From: Promethearchaeota archaeon
GTDB taxonomy: Archaea; Asgardarchaeota; Lokiarchaeia; Sigyniarchaeales; SOKP01
Reading direction: 5' to 3'
Length of the DNA: 64,000 nucleotides
Assembly (NCBI GenBank): GCA_016839705.1
Contig: JAEOTR010000053.1
Span: 1 to 64,000 of the forward strand
The stretch's first letter is position 1. Each line of letters opens with the position of its first letter. This document shows, in pieces, positions 1 through 10,562 of the stretch. The notes below the pieces were generated by a model, which saw only the letters and a program-made list of their open reading frames with translations, searched no databases and was not told the DNA's origin. The translations under genes and the position numbers were made by a program.

Positions 1-2
1 GT

Positions 3-224
3 AAAAAAGCTCTAAAGGAGACAGGAATCTATCTTAACGTTAACAAAGATTCGGGTAATGGAAAGGACTTAAAAAATGAAGATCTAATCTTCCTCAAAGA
101 GCTTGTTGAAGCGGGAAAGATTAAATCAGCCATAGATAGACGTTATACGATGGAACAAATTGTTGAAGCTCATGAGTATGTTGATAAAGGGCACAAAAAG
201 GGAAATGTAGTCATAATTGTTTAG
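3..224 (+). CDS. MDR-family NAD(P)-dependent oxidoreductase, 3' part only (truncated by window edge)
   Basis: Frame 3 reads ...[48 protein letters not shown], closely matching the C-termini of 233..1216 and 2654..3601. Confidence 0.9.
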   Translation, partial: KKALKETGIYLNVNKDSGNGKDLKNEDLIFLKELVEAGKIKSAIDRRYTMEQIVEAHEYVDKGHKKGNVVIIV

Positions 225-232
225 GAATCCTT

Positions 233-1216
233 ATGAAAGCGATTGTATGGACAAAGTATGGACCACCAGATGTTCTTCAGCTCAAAGAAGTAGAAAAGCC
301 TACTCCCAAGGACAATGAAGTACTGATAAGGATATATGCCACAACAGTATCAGCAGGGGACTGTGAAATGCGAAGCATGAAAACTGCAATCTTGTACCGG
401 CTCTTCATGCGATTATATATTGGTCTGAGAAAACCAAAGAGAATAACAATACTAGGGATGGAGTTAGCCGGGGAAATTGAAGCTGTAGGCAAAGATGTAA
501 AACTATTTAAGAAAGGTGACCAAGTTTTTGCAGCAACCGGTATTACTGGTACGGGTACTTATGCGGAGTACATATGTCTGCCTGAAGAACCTGAAGGAGG
601 GGTACTGGCAATAAAACCGACTAATATAACCTATGAAGAAGCCACCGCCATTCCGGTTGGGGGCCTTGAAGCATTGCATTTTATTAGACAAGGAAATATT
701 CATAGCGGACAAAAGGTTCTGATTAATGGTGCGGGTGGAACTATAGGAACTTTCGCGGTACAGCTTGCCAAGTACTTTGGAGCTGATGTGACTGGCGTGG
801 ACAGCACGGAGAAATTGGATATGCTGCGCTCGATTGGTGCAGACCATGTCATTGATTACACTCAAGAAGATTTCACCAAGAGCGGTGAGACCTATGATTA
901 TATTCTTGATGTGATAAGCAAGAGTTCGTTTTCAGGTAGTATAAGATCACTAAAGAAAAACGGACGCTATCGTATAACTAATCCTGGGCTGTCACAGATG
1001 GTTCGAGGGCGATTGACATCAATGACAAGCAGTAAGAAAGTGATATTCGGGGCAGTATACCTAAAGATTGAAGATTTACTCTTCCTCAAAGAGCTTATTG
1101 AGGCGGGAAAGATAAAATCGGTGATAGATAGACGCTATCGCTTAGAACAAATTGCTGAGGCTCATAGCTATGTCGAAACAGGACACAAAAAGGGACATGT
1201 AGTAATAACTGTATAG
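233..1216 (+). CDS. MDR-family NAD(P)-dependent alcohol dehydrogenase / quinone oxidoreductase-like protein
   Basis: MKAIV..YGPPDVL start, [20 protein letters not shown] nucleotide-binding loop, GHKKGHVV end. Confidence 0.9.
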   Translation: MKAIVWTKYGPPDVLQLKEVEKPTPKDNEVLIRIYATTVSAGDCEMRSMKTAILYRLFMRLYIGLRKPKRITILGMELAGEIEAVGKDVKLFKKGDQVFAATGITGTGTYAEYICLPEEPEGGVLAIKPTNITYEEATAIPVGGLEALHFIRQGNIHSGQKVLINGAGGTIGTFAVQLAKYFGADVTGVDSTEKLDMLRSIGADHVIDYTQEDFTKSGETYDYILDVISKSSFSGSIRSLKKNGRYRITNPGLSQMVRGRLTSMTSSKKVIFGAVYLKIEDLLFLKELIEAGKIKSVIDRRYRLEQIAEAHSYVETGHKKGHVVITV

Positions 1217-1323
1217 GTGACATTTAAAATGGATAAAATAATAATAAAATAATAGCTCCAATTAGTATTATAATCAAATAAATATGTAAATAAAAAAAAA
1301 TTAAAAAATAAGAGCAGATTTGT

Positions 1324-1578
1324 ATGAAAAAATGGACAGCATTTATTATTGGAATAATTCTAGTTGTTATTTTTATAATAACAATGTTTGTATTACCTCC
1401 GTTATTAGGATGGCATTACCCCACTATATTAAGTTGGCAGGATTTTATAGATTCTATTAGTACACCAGAAGGATTTGTTATCGGGATCATTACTGAAGTG
1501 ATTCCGATTATATGCGTTACAATCGGAGCTATATTCCTTATAGTCTTTGTGATTAAGCTAATTCGAGGTAAAGAATAA
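1324..1578 (+). CDS. Small membrane protein (2 TM)
   Basis: 84-aa ORF with two hydrophobic segments. Confidence 0.6.
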   Translation: MKKWTAFIIGIILVVIFIITMFVLPPLLGWHYPTILSWQDFIDSISTPEGFVIGIITEVIPIICVTIGAIFLIVFVIKLIRGKE

Positions 1579-1852
1579 TTAAATATTAAGCTCTCTTTTT
1601 TTTAATTTTCTTCTTAATATTGTTCGAAATATCTTGTGTTGAGTAAATTGTTTCTAAATAAATATTTTTTATTAGATATTATGCATATTACAAATGTTAA
1701 CAACTCAAGATTTAGAATTCTAACTATTTCAAAATATAAATAATAAGGACAATTTAATCTTATGCATTTTTAATATTGAAAAAAGTTTCGAGACATGAAA
1801 ATTTTATGAAAGCGATGGTATACTCAAATTATGGTAAATTGGAGGATTCCCT

Positions 1853-2566
1853 TTGATTATCCTAATGAAATTAGCTGGTTTTCTCTTTCTGTTTATTTTG
1901 GTTTTAAACCTTGTAATGGCGTCATATGGTTATATAAACCCAGAACAGACGATCAGCTCAGACGATCGGACGCTTAACTCTGACGCTGAGCTGCAAAAGA
2001 TTAACAAAAATGGACCAAAAAAATTTAAAATAAGCATCGTGATAGCGCTTATAGAACATACTTGCGTCATTGCACTTCCTATAATGTTGTTTATTGTTTT
2101 TAGTCAATATAACACAATACTTGTCCTAATACTTGGAATTGTTTGGACCATCTTTCGAATAGGAGAAGGATTGATCCAAGTCTATAATGAAAAAAACTAC
2201 TGGAGACTTCTCAAAATAGCAAGACAATATTCAAGTACTAGTGGTGCCGAAAAAGAATCGTTGAGTGATTTAGGTCGTATAATTCTCAAAACAAGAGACT
2301 CTAGATTCAAATTTGCAATGATCTTATGGTCCATTGGTACATTCGCATATTCAATTGTGTTAGTTACCTATGGAGTATCCCCAATTATTGGACCAATTAT
2401 TGGATGGTTAGGAATTGTTTCCAGTATTTTAATTGGATTCGGTAACGGGATAAAATTTGTAAAACCTAGTTTTGAAGTCTTGTCCACTATCGGAGGTCTA
2501 TTGGCGATTATATTTGAAGTAATCATAGGAGGATGGCTATTATTTTTTCCAATCATCATCCCATAG
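1853..2566 (+). CDS. Multi-pass membrane protein, DUF4386-like (probable start ATG 1865)
   Basis: About 6 TM; FRIGEG and FEVIIGGWLL motifs recall DUF4386. Confidence 0.65.
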   Translation: MIILMKLAGFLFLFILVLNLVMASYGYINPEQTISSDDRTLNSDAELQKINKNGPKKFKISIVIALIEHTCVIALPIMLFIVFSQYNTILVLILGIVWTIFRIGEGLIQVYNEKNYWRLLKIARQYSSTSGAEKESLSDLGRIILKTRDSRFKFAMILWSIGTFAYSIVLVTYGVSPIIGPIIGWLGIVSSILIGFGNGIKFVKPSFEVLSTIGGLLAIIFEVIIGGWLLFFPIIIP

Positions 2567-2653
2567 CTAATATTAGAAAAATAACCTTAAAACATATTAA
2601 GTTGACCGAATCCACTCTGTATTAGATTTAATAATAAAAATTTATGAAAAAAG

Positions 2654-3601
2654 GTGATAAAAATTACAAAATACATGAGAGCGATTGTATATGAAAAATA
2701 CGGTCCACCGGAGGTTTTTCAGCTCACAGAGGTAGAAAAACCTACTCCCAAGGATAATGAAATACTGGTAAAAGTATATGCGACAACAGTAAATTATGCA
2801 GCAAGGTTAGTTCGAAGTGGTAAACACCCAGATAAAAAACTTTATACTTTCGCGTTGCGAATGATGTATGGTGTTAGAAAGCCAAAAAGACCTATACTAG
2901 GGTATGAGCTTGCTGGGGAAATTGAATCAATCGGTAAAGATGTAATATTATTTAAGAAAGGTGATCAAGTTTATGGAACTACCACTGGGTTGAAGACTGG
3001 TGCTTATGCTGAATACGTATGTCTGCCTGAAGAATGGAAGGCAGGAATGGTGGCAATAAAACCGACAAATATGACCTATCAGGAAGCCGCAACCGTTCCT
3101 ACTGGGGCAAGCACAGCGTTGCATTATCTTAGAAGAGCAAATATCCAGAGCGGTCAAAAAGTACTTATTTATGGCGCTTCTGGAGGTAATGGTACTTTTG
3201 CTGTACAGCTTGCCAAGTACTTTGGAGCAGAAGTTACCGGGGTATGTAGTACCTCGAATTTAGAATTAGTGAAATCTCTGGGAGCAGATAAGGTAATTGA
3301 CTACACTAAAGAGGATTTTACAGAAAGTGGTGAGCTTTATGATACTATCTTTGATGCCGTTGGAAAAGATTCATTCTCAAATGGTAAGAAAGGACTAACT
3401 CCAAACGGGAACTACTTGACAGTTTTAAAGGGTAGATATCGCGAAAAGAATGAAACTTTAAACTTCCTTAGAGAACTTATTGAGGCGGGGAACTTAAAAT
3501 CGGTCATAGATAAAAGCTATCCCTTAGAACAAATGGTTGAAGCCCATAGTTATGTAGATAAAGGGCACAAAAAGGGAAATGTAGTAATAAGTTTAGAATA
3601 G
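2654..3601 (+). CDS. MDR-family NAD(P)-dependent alcohol dehydrogenase / quinone oxidoreductase-like protein
   Basis: Paralog of 233..1216; YGASGGNG loop, GHKKGNVV end. Confidence 0.9.
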   Translation: MIKITKYMRAIVYEKYGPPEVFQLTEVEKPTPKDNEILVKVYATTVNYAARLVRSGKHPDKKLYTFALRMMYGVRKPKRPILGYELAGEIESIGKDVILFKKGDQVYGTTTGLKTGAYAEYVCLPEEWKAGMVAIKPTNMTYQEAATVPTGASTALHYLRRANIQSGQKVLIYGASGGNGTFAVQLAKYFGAEVTGVCSTSNLELVKSLGADKVIDYTKEDFTESGELYDTIFDAVGKDSFSNGKKGLTPNGNYLTVLKGRYREKNETLNFLRELIEAGNLKSVIDKSYPLEQMVEAHSYVDKGHKKGNVVISLE

Positions 3602-3614
3602 ATGTGATAGAAAT

Positions 3615-3983
3615 ATGGACGATGTGAAGATAACACTTTCATTCATATGGGTATCTGTAATGTTAATCTATTTATTAGGTGATGTGCTGCGAATATTTTC
3701 TGGAGATTTTAAACCAGGAGAAGTTGATGGTAAGCCAGTGACTCAGAAAATGTACTTTGGAATGGCAATAATAATGGTGATCCCGATTATTATGGTTGTC
3801 CTGTCCCTGATATTGGATTATCCTGTGGTTAGCTGGGTAAACATCATCGTAGCTATTTTCTTTTTTGGTTTTAATCTCATTGGTATAAAGGGGTACAAGG
3901 CTTATGATAAATTCTTGATCATTGTAAGTCTTGTGTTTAATGTACTGACTGTTTGGTATGCATGGACTCGATTTCTTTTTTGA
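3615..3983 (+). CDS. Small membrane protein, DUF6326-like
   Basis: 4 TM; KITLSFIWVSVMLIYLLGD and IPIIMVVLSL patterns. Confidence 0.6.
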   Translation: MDDVKITLSFIWVSVMLIYLLGDVLRIFSGDFKPGEVDGKPVTQKMYFGMAIIMVIPIIMVVLSLILDYPVVSWVNIIVAIFFFGFNLIGIKGYKAYDKFLIIVSLVFNVLTVWYAWTRFLF

Positions 3984-4301
3984 AATCAATTAGCGTGTAA
4001 TAATGGTATTTTTTTGAATTTAAACTCTATTCCCAAATTTCAACTAAATGGAAAATATTTTGGTACTTTTAGTTCCAATATATATTCAATTGAGAAGAAA
4101 AAAGCGGATTTTATTGATATTTTTGATTCTTTTTTTATTTTAAGGTTATATGAATTAAATGATAAATTCACTTTCCTTCTCTTTAATGGTTATAAACCCC
4201 CATTGTTTATTTTTTTACTTCTCAGTGAACATGCTCTTATTAGAGCCCCAATCTATATTAAAATTAATAAATTAAAAAAAAAATGAAAATAAAATAATAA
4301 A

Positions 4302-5603
4302 GTGAAAATTATGATAAAAGATTTTGAAGGAAAAGTAGCAGTAATTACGGGTGGTGCAAGCGGTATTGGACTGGGACTTGCTAAAGCTTTTGCTAAGCGT
4401 GGAATGAAACTAGTTCTCGCGGATATAAATAAGGAAGCTCTCGATAAAGTCTCCAAAGAATTCAGTAATAAAAAAGTTGAAGTTTTAACTGTGTTAACTG
4501 ATGTGAGTGATCCTGAACAGGTTTCTCATCTTGCAAACACTTCTTATGAACATTATGGTCGTGTAGATATACTTTGTAATAATGCAGGGATTGGTTCTGG
4601 TGGACCTATAAACTTGTTAACCAAAGAGGACTGGAATTGGGTAATTAGTGTTAATTTATTTGGGGTAATCTATGGTATTCAATCTTTTCTAAATCGAATG
4701 TTAAGCACTAAAGATCCATGTCATATTATTAATACTTCTTCATTGGCAGGATTAACTCCGGGGGATACTGGACCATATAGTGCCTCCAAATCTGCGGTGA
4801 TAGCAATTAGTGAAAGATTAGCATTAGAATGCTTCCATACAAATGTTAGTGTTTCTGTGATATGTCCCGCATTTGTTCGTTCAAATATAATAGAAAACAC
4901 AGAAATACTTAGTAAAACCCAAGAAGGACTTTGGCAACCAACACCAGTAATGATTCAGTCTGCCGGATCTGAAATAGAAAATGCGAAGAAATTATTAGAA
5001 TTGGGAATGGATCCCGAATTCATGGCTGAAATGGTAATTAAAGCAATTGAGAATGATATATTTTATGTAATAACTCATCCAGAATATTTACCATTGATTG
5101 AATCTCGATTTGAGAGTATATATAGTGATACTTTAAAATTACATGATGAACTTGTAGAGCAGCAAACAGTTAAAACAAAAATCTTTCGGAATGATTCCCC
5201 CGCATTTAGTGTTACTTACCCCGATTATTTTATAGAGATAAATCCAAATCCAATGATTAAAGCTCTCTTTGTTGCTTCCTATGCAGACATTAATCTTGAA
5301 ATCCATGTGTCTAAAATATCTCCTCAGAGACGCTTGGCAGAACTCACTAAAAAAATAGTGAGAAGATTGAAGATTTTGACAAAAGAAATAGAAATTATTT
5401 CCAATGAACCAACAAACCTAAGGGACGGAACATCTGCTTACGAATCTACATTTGAATATAAAGTAGCGGGAGTATTTAAGACTCAAAGCAAACATTTATC
5501 GGTTATTAAGGATGGAAAATGGATACGCGTTAGTATATCTGCTGCAGCTAACAATCTTAATGAAAAGCTCAAAGAGATTCTATACTCTCTTGAATTTGAA
5601 TGA
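4302..5603 (+). CDS. Short-chain dehydrogenase/reductase with extra C-terminal domain
   Basis: TGGASGIG, NNAG and YSASK motifs; about 140 extra C-terminal residues. Confidence 0.9.
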   Translation: MKIMIKDFEGKVAVITGGASGIGLGLAKAFAKRGMKLVLADINKEALDKVSKEFSNKKVEVLTVLTDVSDPEQVSHLANTSYEHYGRVDILCNNAGIGSGGPINLLTKEDWNWVISVNLFGVIYGIQSFLNRMLSTKDPCHIINTSSLAGLTPGDTGPYSASKSAVIAISERLALECFHTNVSVSVICPAFVRSNIIENTEILSKTQEGLWQPTPVMIQSAGSEIENAKKLLELGMDPEFMAEMVIKAIENDIFYVITHPEYLPLIESRFESIYSDTLKLHDELVEQQTVKTKIFRNDSPAFSVTYPDYFIEINPNPMIKALFVASYADINLEIHVSKISPQRRLAELTKKIVRRLKILTKEIEIISNEPTNLRDGTSAYESTFEYKVAGVFKTQSKHLSVIKDGKWIRVSISAAANNLNEKLKEILYSLEFE

Positions 5604-5679
5604 TTAAATTAAATCGAAGTAAAGAATACATAAATAATTATTTTTTATTTTATTGCTAGAGAGATTGATACCATATTGA

Positions 5680-6183
5680 ATGAAATATCTTGTATTAATT
5701 GAGGTCTTTAATGTGAAGTTATGGATAATATATAAAGAAGGAATTGGATTCTCAAAGTTAATTGCTGAGATGCTCCAGGATCGCTTGGAAGATTATATTG
5801 ATGTGTCCGTAGGAAATGCTAAAAAGATTGACCCTGCTTTTGTGGTTGAAGAAAGATTAAATTATTTGATTATCGGAGATGTTATAAATAAAGTAATTCC
5901 CAGTTTGGAAATTCAAAATTGGCTACTTAAGTACAGAGAAATTTCAAAAAAAGAGAATCTCATTGTTAATGCTATATCAGGTTTTTATGTTGCATTAACC
6001 GATATTACGATAGAACCTTTCTGGATTGAATTTCTTCAAGACAACGTGAGAGCTGAAATAATATATCCCCCATTACTTCGGTTAGAGCTAAATAGAACAG
6101 AGTTAGTTTTAGAGAATGGAGCATATGATATAGTTAAAGATTATACTAATGAATTTATTGATTTTTTAATTGAGAATAAATAA
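5680..6183 (+). CDS. Hypothetical protein, degenerate flavodoxin-like fold
   Basis: LWIIYKEGIGFSKLIAEML resembles flavodoxin beta1-alpha1 but lacks the S/T-rich FMN loop. Confidence 0.45.
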   Translation: MKYLVLIEVFNVKLWIIYKEGIGFSKLIAEMLQDRLEDYIDVSVGNAKKIDPAFVVEERLNYLIIGDVINKVIPSLEIQNWLLKYREISKKENLIVNAISGFYVALTDITIEPFWIEFLQDNVRAEIIYPPLLRLELNRTELVLENGAYDIVKDYTNEFIDFLIENK

Positions 6184-6200
6184 AGAACTAAGAAAAAATT

Positions 6201-6626
6201 TTATTTACAATCATCGCATTCAAAGTATATATCAATACGTTGTCCCTTAGGTTTAATTCCGAGATCAGAGATGATAACATTCCACATATTTTGTATATTT
6301 TCAGCTTTATAATCATATATTTTTCCGCACTTAGTACATACCATATTTATGTGGAGTTGCAGGTCAGGATCATATCTTATATTACTCTCATTAAATCTTA
6401 ATTTTTGTATTAATCCTAGTTCTTCTAATAAATCTAAGGTCTTATACACTGTGCCTAAGCTTATTGTGGGATAATCAATCTTTAATGCATGGTAAACTTG
6501 ATCAGTAGAAGGATGATCTCCTCTTGAAAGTATGAATTTACATATTGCTAAACGCTGTGCGGTCACTTTAAATCCATTTTCTCTAAAAAGATCAATTAAT
6601 TCTTGATCATCCATCCATATCACCAT
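6201..6626 (-). CDS. perR: Fur-family transcriptional regulator, PerR-like
   Basis: T.QR..I, HPST, SLGTVYKTL, CxxC...CxxC; divergent from catalase. Confidence 0.85.
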   Translation of the reverse strand: MVIWMDDQELIDLFRENGFKVTAQRLAICKFILSRGDHPSTDQVYHALKIDYPTISLGTVYKTLDLLEELGLIQKLRFNESNIRYDPDLQLHINMVCTKCGKIYDYKAENIQNMWNVIISDLGIKPKGQRIDIYFECDDCK

Positions 6627-6721
6627 TCTCTTTAGTACTCTTTTAGATAAAAAGTCAAGTTATTAATATTTCTTTTATTATAAAAATGTAATGTTTTTTA
6701 ATAATAGTTACTGTCTAGTAT

Positions 6722-6750
6722 TTATTCCTAATTAGGAATAATTCTTAATT
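6722..6750. promoter_or_regulatory. Palindromic operator candidate between perR and katA
   Basis: Perfect 20-bp palindrome TTATTCCTAATTAGGAATAA (6722-6741) overlapping an imperfect one, AATTAGGAATAATTCTTAATT (6730-6750). Confidence 0.65.
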
Positions 6751-6840
6751 AGCTTTCTATATGAGTTAAAAGAAAAATACTTAAATAAAATCATAAAACG
6801 AATAAAATTGAATACACAACAAAGCAAAAGATGAAAAAAA

Positions 6841-8295
6841 ATGGTAGATGAAAAAAAAGAAAAAACATTAACTTCTGCTGGTGGAGCACCCGTTTCAGAT
6901 AATCAAAATTCTGAGACTGCGGGTGAGAGAGGTCCTGTTCTCATGCAAGATGTACATTTACTTGAGAAATTGGCTACGTTTGCTAGAGAGCGAATACCTG
7001 AGCGAGTAGTACATGCAAAAGGAGCTGGAGCCTATGGCACTTTTACTGTTACAAACGATATTACACAATATACAAAAGCTAAAATCTTCTCTGAAATTGG
7101 CAAAAAAACTGATCTATTTGCTCGTTTCTCAACAGTTGCAGGTGAAAGAGGCTCTGCTGATACAGTCAGAGATGTGAGAGGCTTTGCGATAAAGTTTTAT
7201 ACAGAAGAGGGAAATTGGGATTTAGTAGGTAATAATACACCCGTATTTTTTGTGAGAGATCCCTTAAAATTCAGTGATTTCATCCATACACAGAAACGAA
7301 TGCCAAAATCAAACCTTCGATCTCAGACAATGTGGTGGGATTTCTGGTCTCTTGTTCCTGAAGCTCTGCATCAAGTAACCATCCTATTTTCTGATCGTGG
7401 TATCCCAAGAGGTTTCCCCCATATGAATGGTTATGGTAGCCATACTTACAGTTTTATCAATGCAAATAACGAGCGTTTCTGGGTTAAGTTTCACTTTAAA
7501 ACAATGCAAGGAATAAAGTGTTTCACTCAAGCCGAGGCTGATGAAATTGCTGGTAAAGATCCAGATTGGGCAACTCGTGATCTTTATGAAAGAATTGAAA
7601 AAGGAGATTTCCCAAAATGGGAGTTATCAGTGCAAATCATGCCAGAGCTCGATGCTGAAACATATGAGTGGAATCCTTTTGATCTCACTAAGGTTTGGCC
7701 CCATAAGGATTATCCATTGATAAAAGTGGGTATTATGGAGCTAAATAAAAACCCCGATAATTATTTTGCGGAAACTGAGCAAGCTGCATTTGATCCTTCG
7801 AATCGAGTAGCAGGTATTTCATTTTCACCTGATAAAATGCTTCAAGGGAGATTATTCTCATATGCTGATGCACATAGATACAGGTTAGGCGTAAATTATC
7901 AGAGCTTACCTATCAATCGTCCAAAAGCCGCACAAGTCAATACTTATCATAGGGACGGATTTATGAGGTTTGATGGTAATGAGGGTGCCGCAGTAGTCTA
8001 TGAACCAAATAGTTTTGGGGGGCCCAAAGAAGATCCAACATTCAAAGAACCACCTTTAAAGATTTCAGGTGATGCAGATCGATATAATCAACCTAGAGTT
8101 GACGCTGATTTCATTCAACCTGGAAATCTCTATAGATTGATGCCCTCTGATGAGCAGGATCGTCTAATACAAAACCTTGTTAATAGCTTGAAAACAGTTC
8201 CAAAATCGATTCAAGAACGAATACTTAAATATTTTTATAAAGCAGATTCATCTTGGGGAGATAAAATAGCAAAAGGATTAGGAATTGAAGCTTAA
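6841..8295 (+). CDS. katA: Monofunctional heme catalase (small subunit type)
   Basis: [30 protein letters not shown] and [16 protein letters not shown] motifs. Confidence 0.97.
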   Translation: MVDEKKEKTLTSAGGAPVSDNQNSETAGERGPVLMQDVHLLEKLATFARERIPERVVHAKGAGAYGTFTVTNDITQYTKAKIFSEIGKKTDLFARFSTVAGERGSADTVRDVRGFAIKFYTEEGNWDLVGNNTPVFFVRDPLKFSDFIHTQKRMPKSNLRSQTMWWDFWSLVPEALHQVTILFSDRGIPRGFPHMNGYGSHTYSFINANNERFWVKFHFKTMQGIKCFTQAEADEIAGKDPDWATRDLYERIEKGDFPKWELSVQIMPELDAETYEWNPFDLTKVWPHKDYPLIKVGIMELNKNPDNYFAETEQAAFDPSNRVAGISFSPDKMLQGRLFSYADAHRYRLGVNYQSLPINRPKAAQVNTYHRDGFMRFDGNEGAAVVYEPNSFGGPKEDPTFKEPPLKISGDADRYNQPRVDADFIQPGNLYRLMPSDEQDRLIQNLVNSLKTVPKSIQERILKYFYKADSSWGDKIAKGLGIEA

Positions 8296-8411
8296 ACTGC
8301 TGTTTAAAAAATCATATTTAAAAGTGGTTCCTTATTTTTTTCTTAATATTGTTATAATTTTATTGTCTTTTAACCAAAATCCGATTGATCCATTAAGTAA
8401 AAAAAAACAAA

Positions 8412-10406
8412 TTATTGTTTATTAAGTTCTTCTCTTGTTTTTTCATAAAAATCTAGTGATTCAGGATTTCTTAAAGCCCCTCTATTTGCTACAGCCATTC
8501 CGTGAATTATCTTTGTAACAGCAATTTCAACTTTTTTATTACTAAATGTATAAGGAATCCCATCTGGAGGAACCTGTAGAATTACTTTAGGAACATGTCG
8601 TGGGGATGTTTTCTCCCGTAAAGTTTTCTTGATTTTTGCTTTTAACTCATCTGATAGTTCATACCCCTCATTGAGTAATACAAACATTACAACTTGAATA
8701 TCACCGCTAATCTGCTGCCCTATAACCAATGAATCAGCAATCTCAGGGAGTTGCTCAATAACATTATAGATCTCTGCCGTTCCAATTCTAACTCCAGAAG
8801 GTTTCAAAACAGCATCAGATCGTCCCCAGAATGTGACTCCACCCGTATCACTATGTATTACAATATAATCACCATGACGCCATACATTTTTACCCTTTTC
8901 TTTAAAAAAATCGAAGTATGCAGCATTATATTTTGTCATTTTATCATCGTCGCCCCAGAAATAAATGGGCATTGAGGGAAAAGGTGCTTCGCATACAAGT
9001 TCTGCTTGTTCATCTTCAACTGCTTCACCATCATCATTATAAGACTGAACTTTCATTGCTAATGATTTTCCTTGTATTTCACCAGAATACACTGGAAGGA
9101 TAGGGATAGCAGATGCAAAACATCCGTTAAGGTCCGTACCCCCACTGATTGAATTAAAAAATAGATCTTTTTTAATTCGTTTATACACATATTCAAATCC
9201 CTCAGGAGAGAGTGTGGATGCTGTTTGTGAAATTATCCTGAGAGAACTTAAATCATATTCTTCAGAGGGTTTAGCATCAATCCCCATTAAATGATGGATA
9301 TATGATGCACTTGTTCCAAAGATGGTAATTTTGTATTTCTCTATAAGCTCAAACATTCTGAGAGGAATTGGATAGAGAGGATTGCCATCATATAGGAAAA
9401 TAGTTGCTCCAACAGCCAGAGAGCTCATCAACCAATTCCACATCATCCATGAAGGAGCAGTAATATAATTTATGACATCAGAGCGTTTAAGGTCAGTAGC
9501 TAATATAAGTTCCTTTAAATGATTAATTAAAACTCCTCCTGCTCCTTGAACCATACATTTTGGTTTTCCAGTTGTACCACTTGAAAACATTACATATACA
9601 GGATGATCAAAAGGTAATTGCTCAAATTTAAGGTTAGGATCTTCATCTTTAGAAAGAAAATCATCCCAATGAATAGCATTAGGGATGCTGGTAATATCTG
9701 GTTTTCCATCAGAAACATATGAAACTACGACAACCTTCTCAATCGAAGGAATTGATTCCACAACCTCTTTAACATTAGGAATTATATCAAAAACATTATC
9801 TCTGTAATAGTAACCATCGACAGTAAATAGTACCTTTGGTTCAATTTGTCCAAATCTATCTATCACCGCACTTGCTTGTAATTCTGCCCCACAAGAAGCC
9901 CAAATAGCTCCAATTGCTGTAGTGGCTAACATTGCTGTAGGGGTTTCAATTAAATTTGGAATATAGGATACTACTCTATCCCCTACCTTCACTCCCATTT
10001 CACGAAGAGATTGCGCTAATCGAGCAACCTGTTTGTTTAAATTTTCATATGTGATTAATTCTGTTTTTTTAGTTTCTCCTTGAAAAATGAACGCGAATTG
10101 GTCATCCTTATACTTTAAGAGATTCTCTGCAAAATTAAGTTTTGCTCCAGGGAACCATTTAGTGCCCGGGAAAACTTTTAAGTCTTCAATAACTTTATCA
10201 TATTTTTTTGAAGCAATGATACCCCCAAAATCCCACATTGCAGCCCAAAAATCATCAATATTATCAATTGACCATTGGTATAATTCTTTACCCCCAATAA
10301 GTTTTATCTTATATTTCTCGTTGATAAATTCTATGAAACGTGTTATTTCTGCACTTTTTATCCATTTTATTGAAGGCTCCCAGAGATTTTTTCTTTCATC
10401 ATTCAT
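8412..10406 (-). CDS. Acetoacetate--CoA ligase
   Basis: WFPGAKLNFAENLL, FSSGTTGKPKC, SISGGTD, GRSDAVLKPSGVRIGTAEIY. Confidence 0.92.
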   Translation of the reverse strand: MNDERKNLWEPSIKWIKSAEITRFIEFINEKYKIKLIGGKELYQWSIDNIDDFWAAMWDFGGIIASKKYDKVIEDLKVFPGTKWFPGAKLNFAENLLKYKDDQFAFIFQGETKKTELITYENLNKQVARLAQSLREMGVKVGDRVVSYIPNLIETPTAMLATTAIGAIWASCGAELQASAVIDRFGQIEPKVLFTVDGYYYRDNVFDIIPNVKEVVESIPSIEKVVVVSYVSDGKPDITSIPNAIHWDDFLSKDEDPNLKFEQLPFDHPVYVMFSSGTTGKPKCMVQGAGGVLINHLKELILATDLKRSDVINYITAPSWMMWNWLMSSLAVGATIFLYDGNPLYPIPLRMFELIEKYKITIFGTSASYIHHLMGIDAKPSEEYDLSSLRIISQTASTLSPEGFEYVYKRIKKDLFFNSISGGTDLNGCFASAIPILPVYSGEIQGKSLAMKVQSYNDDGEAVEDEQAELVCEAPFPSMPIYFWGDDDKMTKYNAAYFDFFKEKGKNVWRHGDYIVIHSDTGGVTFWGRSDAVLKPSGVRIGTAEIYNVIEQLPEIADSLVIGQQISGDIQVVMFVLLNEGYELSDELKAKIKKTLREKTSPRHVPKVILQVPPDGIPYTFSNKKVEIAVTKIIHGMAVANRGALRNPESLDFYEKTREELNKQ

Positions 10407-10562
10407 AATTTAATTCACGATATTGGTATAAATTATAAAGGTTTTGAATAATCGATACTTCTATCTATTACAATTTCCTAAAAAAATTATCGGTTGTAAA
10501 GTTTTTATAGGTAATCTCAATTTATCATATAATTGTACTATTAATTTAAGATGTGAAGGAAA

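Noticed and set aside
4014-4286. 90-aa ORF between the DUF6326-like gene and the SDR
   Set aside because: TTG start and F/I/K-rich composition typical of AT-rich intergenic sequence.
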